Assembly (NCBI GenBank): GCA_951406725.2
Contig: OX597823.1
Span: forward strand, 38,130,001 to 38,194,000
Direction of reading: 5' to 3'
Length of the DNA: 64,000 nucleotides
Source: Octopus vulgaris
Lineage: Eukaryota
Shown: positions 24,401 through 36,675 of the stretch, piece by piece
How positions within the stretch are numbered: the stretch's first letter is position 1
How the letters are laid out: each line of letters begins with the position of its first letter
Notes under the pieces: generated by a model
The model's database searches: none
Told to the model about the DNA's origin: nothing
The model's input: the letters and a program-made list of their open reading frames with translations, nothing else
Position numbers and translations under genes: made by a program

Positions 24401-25575
24401 GAAAACTCACCCACTACCTGAGAATTGAAATCCTAAGACCACACTGGTAAATGCTTGTACCTGCAAAGCTCTGCCCCACCTCCATTCTCACTGCTCTGTC
24501 AAGCTTCTATATCTCCTTTCCTACACTCATCCTTTCTTTATATCTGCTATTATTCAGCTACTGTAATAACCTGAGAGCAGAATACTTACATACTATGTAC
24601 CCCACCCCACCCCACCCCAACTCTTTGCTACCTTCCCCTTTTCTCCCACTCTCCAGAACTATTTCTATTCCTCTTCTTCTGCCATGATTTCTACCCTCTG
24701 TTAGACTCTATCCTTATAATCACTTCCATTCCTTATTATCTTTCTCCAGCCATACTCTCTCCTCTCCGCTAGACTCCATCCATTACACTTGTTTCATCTC
24801 CTATCTCTCCCAGTGCCCTCAGATATCTTACACAACCCCATCTCCCCCTGAGTCATTCCTATATCTCTCACCTTCAATTATTAAAGTCACTTCTATTCTA
24901 TCTAACCATCTCCTCACATTCTTGTGAAAATTTCCCCTCTGTCCCTTCACTCAGTCCAATTCTCTGTATCACTTCACCTATATTCTCTCTCACTTGCCTT
25001 GAGAGTCTATCCTATCATCATCATCATTGTTCGACCGTGGTCGAGACAATGGAATTTACTATGTTACGCCAGACTTCACGGTCCATCATAGCATTACGGA
25101 GGTCCTGTTGCTGGATGCCTGTATCCCTGGAGATTACATCAGGGTAGGAGAGTGTGCGCCCTCTGGTATTGCGAGTAGATGGCTATCCTAACACATTTCC
25201 ACCACTATCTCTCCTACTCTCTCTATCTCTATCTTTCTTTCTAAGTCTCCTTCTGCCTTCATTTTCAACTGGATATTCTTGTATCTCATCTACAGCAAGA
25301 CACTTATCTCTATTCCTCCATTATTGTTTTAGTCTCTCAACTGGAACAGAGCTACCTCCCTAAATACTATTATCCCCAATTGAGGGGACTTTCTCTTGTC
25401 TTACAAACTGCTTGGTGATCTTGTTGATGTTGGTGCATGAAAAAAAAGCACCCAGTACATTATGTACAGTGGTTGGCATCCAGCCGTAGAAACCAAGCTA
25501 AAACAGATAACAGACTATGCCAAACCATCCAACCAATGCCAGCATGCAGAATGGATGTTAAATGGCGATGATGAT
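21420..25575 (+). mobile_element. Old near-full-length RTE LINE (APE plus RT, many stops), long pyrimidine-rich 3' region and RTE tail
   Basis: APE start NTMKGRPCKVVEILEQRYVDVYWMQEIQWRG at ~21458, with GDFNGHVG and QIDYIL. RT ORF 22518..23357 (FVDLEKAFD). Tail ggcatccagccgtagaaacc...gatgatgat at 25475-25575. Confidence 0.85.
25015..25182 (-). mobile_element. 3' end of a different RTE-type LINE inserted in the old RTE
   Basis: The minus strand reads RNTRGRTLSYPDVISRDTGIQQQDLRNAMMDREVWRNIV, then (TGA)n. Flanked by the direct repeat ctatccta. Confidence 0.7.
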
Positions 25576-25729
25576 AATCTGATTTCTCTTTCTGACTCTC
25601 TTCAGGTTTGTGTGTGGTGGGGATGACCTCCCCACCCATGCATGCATACATCTATGCACAAACTCTCTCTCTCACACACACACATACTGACTTCTCAGTG
25701 AATCCACTCTTCACTAATGCCTTGTTATA

Positions 25730-26330
25730 AATGATGGTGGTAGCAAGGGATGCAATCTTGTTGAAGATCTCTCTCTATCCACTGATGGTTTAAAGATTCT
25801 TCTATTTATGCCTGTGACTATGTTTCTAATTATAGCTGGGACATGGTTGGAGTTTGTGTGTATATATACACAGTTTTCTTGTATGGGTAGCACTTGTCCA
25901 TCTTCAGGCCTAGAGTTGACCTTCAAAAGAGTGATGGTAACTGTTATAGATAGGTTGAATTCTTAGAAGATCTCTGTCAGATCCTTCCTGAACTTGTCCA
26001 TGGAGTTGTTATTCATATAACTTAAGATTCACTGACCATCGTCTCTGTACAGAGCCAAGATAATATTAGTTCACAATGATTCCTGCTGGGTGAATACGTA
26101 AGGTGACTCACTGTTTGACATATCTATAGGGAGCAAAGACTTCCAGAAAGTTTAACTGACAAGCATTGTTCATTTTACACCATATGAGAAGAAAAAGCCA
26201 TGAGCATTTGGTGACAACCAGGAAATTAAATGGAACAAGAAGTTTGGGAAGATATAGAGAGAAGATAAGAGATGGCCTTAACCAGTTGTCTTCAGAAGGA
26301 CCACTAATGTAATAATGTACCAAGTTGTGG
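25730..26330 (+). mobile_element. Very decayed RTE-like LINE RT fragment
   Basis: Residual QGCNL, GST and GTRSLGRYREKIRDGL motifs in shifting frames. Confidence 0.4.
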
Positions 26331-26788
26331 GTGGGACAGTAAGTGTATGAGGTTTATGATTATTGATGACTGTAGGCATGGAGTGAGAGAGAGAGGGGGG
26401 AGAGTGAAACGGAGAGAGAGGGGAAAGAGAGAGAGAGAGTGAAAGAGAGAGAGAGAGAGGAAAAGCAAGAGTCACTACTTTGTCTTTCCCTTCTCCCACA
26501 ACTAGTGTTTTCATTATCATGTTTCAAATCATGTGCTATTCATCCTACTTTTGTCATTCTTTCTATTGCTGTTACCAATGACTGAAATCAGAAAAAAGCA
26601 CAAGAAAAAAAAAGGAAAGGACAAAACAAAGAAATTTTGTCTGCATATATCCTGAAGTCGTGACTACCACCCCAGCAGTCCTGGTGACATTTCATAGTGT
26701 GTGTGAGTGTGTGTACATGTATACACACACACACACACACATACACACACACACACACATACATATATATGTGTGTGTGTGTGTGTGA

Positions 26789-27120
26789 AGGTGCATGGCT
26801 CAGTGGTTAGAGTATCGAGCTTATGATCATGAGGTTGTGAATCTGAATCCCGGACTGGGCTGCGTGTTGTGTTCTTGAGCAAGACACTTTATTTCATGTT
26901 GCTCCAGTTCACTCAGCTGTAGAAATGAGTTACGACGTCACAGGTGCCAAGCTGTATTGGCCTTTGCCTTTCCCTTGGATAACACTGGTGGCATGGAGAG
27001 AGGAGGCCAGTATGCATGGGCGACTGCTGGTCTTCCATAAACAACCTCACCCGGACTTGTGCCTGTGAGGGTAACTTTCTAGGTGCAATCCCACGGTCAG
27101 TCATGACTGAAGGGGGTCCC
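26789..27120 (+). mobile_element. tRNA-derived SINE (family C), near full length
   Basis: A box tggctcagtgg, decayed B box aatctgaatccc and body gtgttcttgagcaagacactttatttca. Confidence 0.8.
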
Positions 27121-27123
27121 AGC

Positions 27124-27157
<34 letters not shown>

Positions 27158-27282
27158 ATGTGAGGGTGTTTGACTGAGTATGTAGTATGAGCATGTTTAA
27201 ATTTTTTTTTGTCATTTAAAGAAAGTCAGGTGTTTGTAAAATTATGTGTGTATGCATGTGTACATGCACACACATACATATA

Positions 27283-27445
27283 TGCATGGATCAAAACAAT
27301 TTAATTAAAATTCATTGGTACTCCTAGTTTCAGGCTTGATGCTAGTCTTCGGCCATTTTGAATTCAAAATGGCCGAAGACTAGCATCATGCTTGAAACTT
27401 GAAGTACCAACGAATTTGAATCAAACTGTTTTAATCCATATATGT
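27283..27445. repeat. Palindrome with a 52-bp perfect core (27337-27388) and hammerhead-like arms
   Basis: tgatgctagtcttcggccattttgaa|ttcaaaatggccgaagactagcatca. Imperfect arms extend to about 80 bp per side. Confidence 0.9.
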
Positions 27446-27509
27446 AACTCCCAATAAATTTGTTGAATACCCTTCTTTTGTTTGTCCACTCACTTGTGTG
27501 TGTGTGTAT

Positions 27510-27716
27510 AGAAATGTTAGCACGCTGGGCGAAATGCGTTGATGTATTTCATCTGCCGATACGTCCTGATGTCAAATTCCGCCGAGGTCGACTTTGCCTT
27601 TCATCCTTTCGGGGTCGATAAATTAAGTACCAGTTACGCACTGGGGTCGACGTAATTCGTTTGTCGGTCCTTGTTTGTCCTCTCTGTGTGTAGCCCCTTG
27701 TGGGTAGTAAAGAAAT
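27510..27716 (+). mobile_element. tRNA-derived SINE (family A)
   Basis: gttagcacgctgggcgaaatgc...caaattccgccgaggtcgactttgcctttcatcctttcggggtcgataaattaagtaccag. Confidence 0.85.
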
Positions 27717-27817
27717 ATATATATATATATATAATCACCATCATCATTTATCATTTATCTTGCATATTCCATAAGTTGGATAGTTTGACAGGATTTGAGA
27801 ATGTGGGTATATATATA

Positions 27818-28307
27818 ATTACATTATTTATATTTGACGGATATTTGTCCTCATCTTGTTTGTTGTTAACACGTTTTGGCTGATATACCCTCCAGTCTTC
27901 ATCAGGTGTCTTGGGGAAATTTTGAACCTGGCTTCTCATTCCTAAGGTATTTTTTGATGTTATTATTATTATTATTATTAAGGTCACTGCCAGGAATTGA
28001 ACTCAGAATCTTGGGGTTGGTAGCCCGTGCTCTTAACCACTATGCCATATAGCGTAGAGCGCAGGCTACTAACCCCAAGATTCCGAGTTTGATTCCAAGC
28101 AGTGACCTTAATAATAATAATAATAACATCAAAAAATACCTTAGGAATGAGAACCCAGGTTCAAAATTTCCCCAAGACACCTGATAAAGGCTGGAGGGTA
28201 TATCAGCTGAAACATTGTGTTAACAACAAACAAGATGAAGACAAATATCCGTCAAATATAAATAATGTAAATAATGTACATAATTTCATATCTCTTAAAT
28301 ATAGAAC
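27818..28307. mobile_element. Head-to-head inverted pair of a ~240-bp element with a tRNA-like head, (AAT)n linker and minimal hammerhead-like motif
   Basis: 27818-28050 (minus) and 28051-28307 (plus) are homologous. The minus copy has A box tggcatagtgg and B box gagttcaattcc. Two-copy consensus: gacac-CTGATGA-a-ggctg...cagcc-GAAAC-GTT-gtgtt. Confidence 0.8.
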
Positions 28308-29247
28308 TGTAATGATACGAGTAGGTCAATCCGTGAACAACTGCTTTGACCTACTTTGCTTGGGGTGTAGTCTGGAAGTCTACAATCTAAAGTTATTGTC
28401 CTTTGTTCTGTCAGATTCACGAAAGAGTGATGGATTTTGGAAAGACCCCTACCCTTTTCCCGGTCAGGGAAGGGTCAAGGAAACTACCCTATAAAAAAGC
28501 AGGAGCTGTGAATCTGTGAGTCAGTCGGCCGGAGAAACTGAGGTGGTAACAAGGCAGATGGGATTACGAAGGAAGCGGCCAGTTGAGAAAGACAGACACA
28601 CAATCTGAGAGATGACAGGCGAGAGAGTGACAGTGACAGCGTAGAGGAAGACAGACAGATGATATTACAGAACTAGGAGAGAGAGACTACGGTGTAAGGC
28701 ATTGGCTGTTGTACGGTATGTGTTAATTGTTGTATTGATGTTGAAATGTAAAAGAGTTGATGTGCTGGAAAAAAGAGATCATAAAGGACATTGTGAATTA
28801 AGTAAAAGACTTGTCGAAAAGAAAGAACAGTGCTAAAGAGACTTTAAAAGAAGGAGAATGACTTTGAACTGTATCGTGAACATTAATGTGATTTGAACAT
28901 TGTATAATGTATTGATTTGTTGTTTTCTTTAAATGCTTTTGATTTGATGTATCGTTGTTTTGATTTGATCTGAACTTATTTGTCTATGAACTGTATAATT
29001 GTATAAACCGTTGTTAAATGTAGCCAATTGCCTTCCGCCGTCTCTCTTTGTGTCTCTTCCTACTGTTGTTGCTGATTGGTATCTCCGGTCGCCGGTTTCG
29101 CTGCTGCCATTCTTCCCCGCCGAATTCTCTCTTTCCGTGGTGAACTTTCCCCGATCGATCGAGCCAGTCAATCGTCGTCGCTCGACTTGGTAGGGTCCTG
29201 GGTTTTTCCCGAAGAGTTTGAGCGACGGCAGGTGGGATTCCGTAACA
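28308..29247. mobile_element. Possible solo LTR (~940 bp)
   Basis: TGTAA...TAACA termini, TATA-like ctataaaa at ~28489, and higher GC/CpG content than the flanks. No TSD found. Confidence 0.45.
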
Positions 29248-29249
29248 GT

Positions 29250-29290
29250 AATATATATAATTGTATGTATATGTATAATATATGTATATT

Positions 29291-29367
<77 letters not shown>

Positions 29368-29418
29368 GTCTATATATGTATATATATATGTATATATATA
29401 TATATATATATGTGTGTG

Positions 29419-29450
<32 letters not shown>
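29250..29450. repeat. (TA)n-rich microsatellite
   Basis: Direct reading. Confidence 0.95.
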
Positions 29451-29451
<1 letters not shown>

Positions 29452-29784
29452 GGCCTGCTCGCTTACCCAGCGGGGTGGCATCGTTCGAAGGATAAAACAA
29501 TGCGACCACATTGTGACCAGCGATGTGTAGCAACATCTGATGGTCTGGTCAGTCACGTGATCACGTAATATATATATATATATAAATGATGATGGTAATT
29601 ATATTGGTCAAAATATATTGGTCAAAATAAGGAGTCTGTTGCATTAAGTGAATATTTTCAGAAGTCAAAATGTATTGTAATAAACAAAGGGATAAAAAGA
29701 CATACTAAATGCTCTGAATGCACAGACACACAGAGAACAAACCATGGTCACGAATTCCTCATCAGTTATCGGCCAGGCTCTGGT

Positions 29785-30240
29785 GCTGTTATGTGGCACC
29801 AGCATTGGTTATTTTATGTGGCACTTGCATTGGTGTTTTTTACATGGCACTGGCACATGTCTCTTGCAGGCCAATCCTCTTCAGCAGGGGTAGAGGCATT
29901 AACATTTCTGCTGTGGAGGACAGGTCTTCTAGAGGACAGCAAAGTGCCAGATATCTCAGTCCTTTGTCCCCTCCTCCATGAGGTTCAGTGTTCTGAGATC
30001 GTCTTTCAGTACTTCATCTCATGTCTTCCTAGATTGCCCTCTTCCATTAGTTCCATCCACTTTGAGTGATCAGCACTCCTTTATGGAGCTGTTGACATCT
30101 GCATCACATGACCAAGGTAGCACAGTCTTCTCTCTTACAGACTGCATATAATTCCTCTTATACCTAACTTTTCTCTCATCATCCAAGCACTCTATCATGC
30201 ATGTACACTTACATTGCACATCCAGTGGTGCATACTAGCC
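29785..30240 (-). mobile_element. Old RTE 3' fragment
   Basis: The minus strand matches ASMHHWMCNVSV...REKLGIRGI, followed by the tggcac-type UTR repeat. Confidence 0.7.
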
Positions 30241-30299
30241 TCTATTGACTATCACTCATCTCCAATCCAAGACCTTCCCTGAAATGCTATACAATGTGG

Positions 30300-30740
30300 A
30301 AAAAAACAAATGGGTTTCATAGAATACCATCTAATGATCATTATTGTGTGCATGAAGATCAACCCCTTTAACTGAGGATGCATCCTGGATTAGGAAGAGT
30401 GAAGAGGGTGATTTTGATGTTATGATGGTGCAGAAATCAGTGAGTTAGTAAGATTGTTCCCAATGCAAAATATAGAAACTTCATTTAACAACATCAGTAC
30501 AGCATAGCACAGGTTATTGAACTCATGATTATGATTTTTGGAGTGAGTGGAAAGCTGATAAACCCAGGAAATAAATCATATCAACTTTCAACCTGAAGGT
30601 GAATGTTGAAGGTAATCTAACAAAAGCAAAGTTTTTAGATGTTATGTTTGACTTAACAGCAGTTTCATGTGAGCCATTCAATAACTAAAAAAAAACACCT
30701 CATTATATATCCATGTAAAATCAAATTACACTGTGTAACA
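30300..30740 (+). mobile_element. Decayed Penelope-like reverse transcriptase fragment
   Basis: Broken frames read WIRKSEEGDFDV/YDGAEISELV and FNLKVNVEGNLTKAKFLDVMFDL. These resemble PLE RT motifs FDVxMGSxDGAExCELVG and FLDVTLDL. Confidence 0.65.
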
Positions 30741-30983
30741 AAATTTTAATTAATTAATTTATTTTTGTCTTTGGTCAGTAAGTGTTGTTTCTTATTTGAT
30801 TCTATCTAGAAATCAGAAGAAATTACTACTATTACCTTCAAATTTTGCTTTTGTAATCTGGACATTAATGTTTTGAAACTAATTTATTTTCCATTTCAGA
30901 TAGATTCAGTGCTGAATTGCTGAATCAGAAATATTGTTTTAGAAAATATTCTGCTCAGAACCACAGATTTGCTTGTCACTTAC

Positions 30984-31145
30984 TTGACCATAACCACTTG
31001 AGCATGTCCCTTAGTAGTTGACGATGTGTTTTTCTGATCATGAGCAGGAGCATAACAGTCAATATGTTGAGAGGGATTGTTTGGGTTTTGAATAAATGTA
31101 ACAAAAGCAAAGTTTGATAGAAATATTAACCACTTTTCATACTTT
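30984..31145 (-). other. Candidate host exon (162 bp, phase 2-2)
   Basis: Acceptor tttcttatttgcttacccttAG, donor caa|GTAAGT and an open frame KYEKWLIF...HAQVVMV. No recognisable homology. Confidence 0.25.
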
Positions 31146-31655
31146 CTAAGGGTAAGCAAATAAGAAATAACAGTTGCTATCCAAGGATAAAAACCAAAAA
31201 TGATATTTATTTCAGTAACTCCAGAGGAATAAACATTGAGGGTGACCTGAGCTAAATTTGAACTTGAAATATAAAGGGTTTGATCTACCATATGGCATTT
31301 TGATCACCATTTACAATTTCTTTCTGCCAGTCTACTGTAAACTAATGGTTTCTGATATTGGCACCGGACAATGTTCTTCTGTTCTTGGTGCTCCACCAAC
31401 TTAACTTATTGTTCAGCCTTTAAACAGTTGCTTGACCTGCTAGAAATAGCAAGAAAATCATCATCAGATGACACCCCACTATTAAAAGAAGAGAAAGAGA
31501 AGCCAGATAATATAAACCCACATGTGTAATGTTCCAGTAAAAGATGGAATGGTCATAGATGGCACATTTTTCAGGCATAAGTCTATTTGTTCAAGACTGA
31601 CCTGCAGCAACAACAACAATTGTAAAATAATGTGTATATTTTAATCAGTTTATAA

Positions 31656-33376
31656 CACTGGTCTACAAGGTGTTTGGTGTTTAGACAATAGACGTCATTC
31701 CTATACAAAATCGGTCTCCTGAATCCAAATATAACCTTCTTTTTGACCTATTAGATCTAGTTTTTAAGTTATTGAGCCTTATAATCACGTGGCGACTGCT
31801 ATTTTTGTAACCTAAATTTGAAGGGTAATAACTGGAAAAAAATTGACAAACGCTTGTCTATTCTAATCTTGCCTTTGCTATTAGACCGGTTCCACACAGT
31901 GAAGAGCTTCCTGTTCCTGTCTTCAATGTCTTGCCTCAGATAACTTTACCCTCAACCAAAGAAGATTCATTACCTGAAGATGACCGCTGAGATCAAGACT
32001 TTGCAGTTGAGACTTTACCTCAGCAGTTCTCCCAGATAGAGTTGAGTGATCTAGTTCATGACTTGAACCTCCCCCAAAACTCTGCAAAACTGTTGGCTTC
32101 CTGACTGAAAGAGAAGAATCTTTTAGAGGATGATGTCTGTATAACCTTTTATCAGAGTCGGCATGAAGAGTTTCTTTCTTTCTTCACATAAGAGGAAGAG
32201 CTGGTTTACTGCAGGAGATGTCAGTGGGCTTCTTAATAAACTTGGCATTGAGGAATACAAAGCAGAGGAATGGTGTCTTTTTATAGACAACTCTAAGCAT
32301 AGTTTAAAATGTGTATTGTTGCACACTTGGCCACTCAAGAACTCTGAAGGTAAGATATGAAGAAATTAAGTTGATTTTATAGAAGATACTGTATCATGAT
32401 CATAAATGGGTCATCTGTGTTGACTTAAAGATGGTGAATTTTCTCATGGGACAGCAATCTGGTTGTACAAAATACCCATGCTTTCTTTGCATGTGGGATA
32501 GTAGAGACCGAGTAAACCATTATGTTAAGAAAGACTGGTTGCCTCAAACAAATATGGCTCCATGTAGAGCTGCCAATATATCGGAAGAACTTTTAGTTGA
32601 GCGAGATAAGATCATTTTCCTCCCTTTGCACATCAAACATGGATTGATCAAGCAATTCATCAAAGATCTTGACAAAAATGGGAAGTGCTTCAAGTATATC
32701 TGCGGTGTATTTCCCAGACTTGACGACTGAAAAACTTAAAGCAGGGATTTTTGATGGACCACAGATCCGTAAGCTCTTGAAGGACACAAATTTCATGAAA
32801 ATGATGAGTGAAAATGAATTATCAGCTTGGTTAGCTTTGAGAAACACAAAAGTGAAAACTATAAAAACTTTGTTACCAACTTGGTATCAACTTTTTGTGA
32901 TATTGGAGCGAATATGAGCATCAAAGGGAATTATCTTTTTAGTCATCTTGGTCGTTTTCCTGAAAACTAGCAATGAACAAGGCAAACAATTCCATCAAGA
33001 CATCAAGGAGATGGAAACTCAGTACCAAGGACTATTGCTGGTGTTTAAAACGAGATACTCCTGTTGCTTAACATTCACAGTGCACAAAGAAGCGTAAATT
33101 TATTCCTTGAATTTTCTGCCAAACATATTTGCCAATGTGCATTTTCAATTTTGAATTTTTATTTGTTTTGTTTTGTTTTGTGTTACACTCTCTTTATTGA
33201 TTCATATTATATGCCTCGTGTACGAATAAAATACTTACTCTATCAGGTCTGTTTCAGAAAACTAGACCTGGTAGAGACAAACTGATGTTATTTTTGAATT
33301 TAGCAGGCAAAATCACTTACAAATTCTTTGAAATATTTTAGGCATCAGACAAATAAAATTTTTTTGTTGCCCAGTG
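31656..33376 (+). mobile_element. Chapaev3-type (CMC) DNA transposon, decayed, both ends present
   Basis: TAA-cactggtctacaa...ttgttgcccagtg-TAA gives CAC/GTG termini and a 3-bp TWA TSD. Peptides EWCLFIDNSKHSLKCVLLH, KYPCFLCMWDSR, PLHIKHGLIKQF and KLKAGIFDGPQIRKL. Confidence 0.8.
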
Positions 33377-34449
33377 TAATCTATCTGTCAGAAGCTTGTA
33401 ATTTTACTTAAACCAGAACAAAGCAAGCAATTTAAAAAAAATTTTTTAAATGAAATAAAAATGTTAAAAATACAAAAAGATAAAGAAAGAAGATTCAGGA
33501 CCAAATAATGCAAAATGATTATTTTAAGAATCAGAATTAAAACCTAAAATTTTATCGCAAGTTTGTTGAATTCCAATGTGAATAAGGCAAATGAGCAAAA
33601 CATTGAAAATTGTTGTTGTGTAAAAATGTTTCTAAATTAGCAGCGATTATAAAGATATTCATTATTTGCTCATCTCTTTCAAAGAAATATTATGTGTATC
33701 TGTGTGTGTTTGCACAGTTCTAAGGAGAATCATGTGTGTGTTTGTTTATTTCAAGAGCAATGTGAGCTGTATGGGGAAGAGGACAAAAGCAATCAAGTTC
33801 TTTAAGAATTTAGATGCCCATCCCCTTAGGAGTTAATATGAAATAAAATCAGGACAGTTAATTAAAATAAAAAAATAAAAAATTGACACATAAAAAATTT
33901 TGTAAATCACAATAGCAATTTTCCACAATTAGTTGATTTATTGTCTTAAAAAAATAAAGCATATTATTTTGCGTTGATGTTTGTATTTTTAAGACAAGCA
34001 TCTCAAAATACATTCTTCAATTTCCATACATGTGGTTTTTGGTTCAGTAGTGAATGAAAAAGGCTAGTCAGTTGGTGGAATCATTAGAGAGTTGGATAAA
34101 TATATTTTGTAGCTTTTGCATTCTGGGTTCAAATCTTGCCAAAGTTACCTTTGTCTTTCATTATCTTTAGTAAGTCAATGAAATAAAGTAACAGCCACAT
34201 AGAGTAGGAGAAGGTGTAATTGTATATAGGAAGAGACATGACTACGTGATTAAGAAGTTTGCTTTCCAACTACATTGTGCTGAGTTCAGTCTCACTGCCT
34301 TGGGCTGACCAAACCCTTGTGAGTGGATTTGGTAGATGTAGACTGAAGAAGCCCTCTACTTGTTGACCATGCAAAAGAATTTTTAGAATATGACCACTTA
34401 CATTCAAACATGTCTTGCCCTTCTGTACTGAATTCTCAACACTATGTTT

Positions 34450-35380
34450 TTGATCCTGGAAATATCACATTTTTCTTAAATTTTGACATTTGACATCTTA
34501 TCTTGCCATTTTATATTTCAGATATTGTGCAGACAGTATATGTGAAAGGTTTCAAGTTTCTTTATATGTCTGTAGTTGGGAGTCCATGCTTCTGCCCAGT
34601 ACAAAAGTGTGCTCAAGATTTATATACATTTATTTTAGTTTTCAGACTGAAACCATGTTCATCCCTTAAATGATGGGACAGTTTTCCAAAAGCACTTGTA
34701 GCCTTAGATATTCTAACATTGATTTCACCATCAAGAGTATTCTTGAAGTTTACTATACTTCCAAGATATATTTAAATGACTTGACCTATTTGACTGGCTT
34801 ATTGTCAATCATTGCATTTGAATCTTGAGTATGTTCTGTCCTAGGCTTTGGTTAGAGTAAAACTTCAATCTTCTTAATGCTAATAATCAGCCAAAATACA
34901 CAGGCTGCTACAGTAAACCTGTCAACTATTTCTTGAATTCCTTCAAATATATAAGAAATCAAAGCACAATCAGCAACAAGCAGAAAATCATGTACAGTCA
35001 CTTCTTTGTTTTTTTTTCTTCAATCTGAAGTGTTGTCCATTTAGTTTTAGTAAAATTCTGTCTGTGCAAAACTGAAATTTTACACCTTCATGGTAATCCT
35101 TAAAAGCATATTGGAAGAATTTTGTACCAGGGCTAAAACACAGCTCTGTTTTAGTTCCTGTGGAAGCAGAAAATGCCTCTGAACATTGATCATTAGATAT
35201 CACTGGTACCATCATTTCTTCATGCAAAGATAGTATTACTCTTTCCATTTTATTGGGAAGACCAACTTTTGGTAAAATTTTCCCAAACGCCTCATGATTC
35301 ACTATATCAAAAGCCTTGGTCTAGTTAACAAAGACTATATACAAGTCAGTATTTTGTTTATATGCATTTTTAAAAAACTT
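34450..35380 (-). mobile_element. Old RTE/BovB-like LINE RT fragment
   Basis: DLYIVFVN*TKAFDIVNHEAFGKILPKVGLP, and further downstream DGEINVRISKATSAFGKL. Confidence 0.7.
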
Positions 35381-36164
35381 GCCTAAGGGCAAAAATTATG
35401 TCAATTGTGCCTCTCTCAGCCAGAAATCCACATTGGGTTTTAGAATATATGATGTTTACTACCTGCTTATTGATGCAGTTAAGAATCACCCTCACAAGAA
35501 TTTTGTCAGTTATGCACAACTAATTTATTCCCTTGTGATTATCACATACATTATTTTTCCTTTGTTTTTGTGCAAGTGCATTACAGATACATCTTTGAAC
35601 TGTTGGACAACACATTCATTTTCCTGGATCAAATAGATCAATTTGTGCAGCTTTCTTACAAGCTGTTTACACCATGCTTATATAGTTCTATGTGAATGCT
35701 GTCTTGTCTAAGAGCTTTACCACTGGAAAGTTTTTAATAATGGTATTTATCTGTCTCTGATAGTTTCTAGATGCTCTAAAAAATCTTTTGTCTATTTCAA
35801 ACCAATGAGGGAGCCTCTATATAGTTACTCACTTACCTTGAAAGAGCAAACATATCTCCCTCAAATTACATCTTAACAACATAAAAGGACACATTGTTTA
35901 AAGTAGTCTTAGAAAAATAAAAGGACAGATGGTCATGATTAGAGTGCCATTTATCACAAACCTGTTTGGTCAGGGCTGAGCTAGGGTTAAACACCATCAA
36001 CCCATTTATATGTGTAAATAAGAAACGTTTTCATTTTGGAATTATTAACATTAAAATAGCTTTAAGTATTTCATTTATTGATTTATTTAGGGTTTTGTAA
36101 CCATGAGGTTTGAAGATCAATCCCATTGCACCCTGGTAAACAGAAATCTCAAGAAAGCCTGTTA

Positions 36165-36360
36165 TAAATGTACTTATGTGTACATGTATGCACATGTGCA
36201 TGTGCAGACGCATGCACATATATGTGCACATGCACACACGTACATGCACACATGCACATGCACACATGCACATGTACACATGCACATGTACACATGCACA
36301 TGTACACATGCACACACATGCAAACACACACAGACACATATGTGCACTCGTGTGCATACA
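36165..36360. repeat. (CACATG)n-like alternating purine-pyrimidine repeat
   Basis: Direct reading. Confidence 0.9.
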
Positions 36361-36596
36361 ATGGATTACTTTCAGTTTCTGTCTACCAAATCCTCTCACA
36401 AGACTTTGGTCAGCCTAGGGCACTGGTAGCTCAAAGTGCTACACAGTTAGAATGAAACTGAAAGTCTGTGACTGGGAAGTTAACTTAACCACACAGTTAT
36501 GCCTGCCTGCCTGCATGCATGCATGTATGTATGTATGTATGTATGTATGTATCTATAGATAGAGAGATAGATGGACAGATAGATAGATAGATAGAT

Positions 36597-36675
<79 letters not shown>

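Noticed and set aside
26789-26860. tRNA gene (also other A/B-box heads)
   Set aside because: The heads run into shared SINE bodies and lack a proper acceptor stem.
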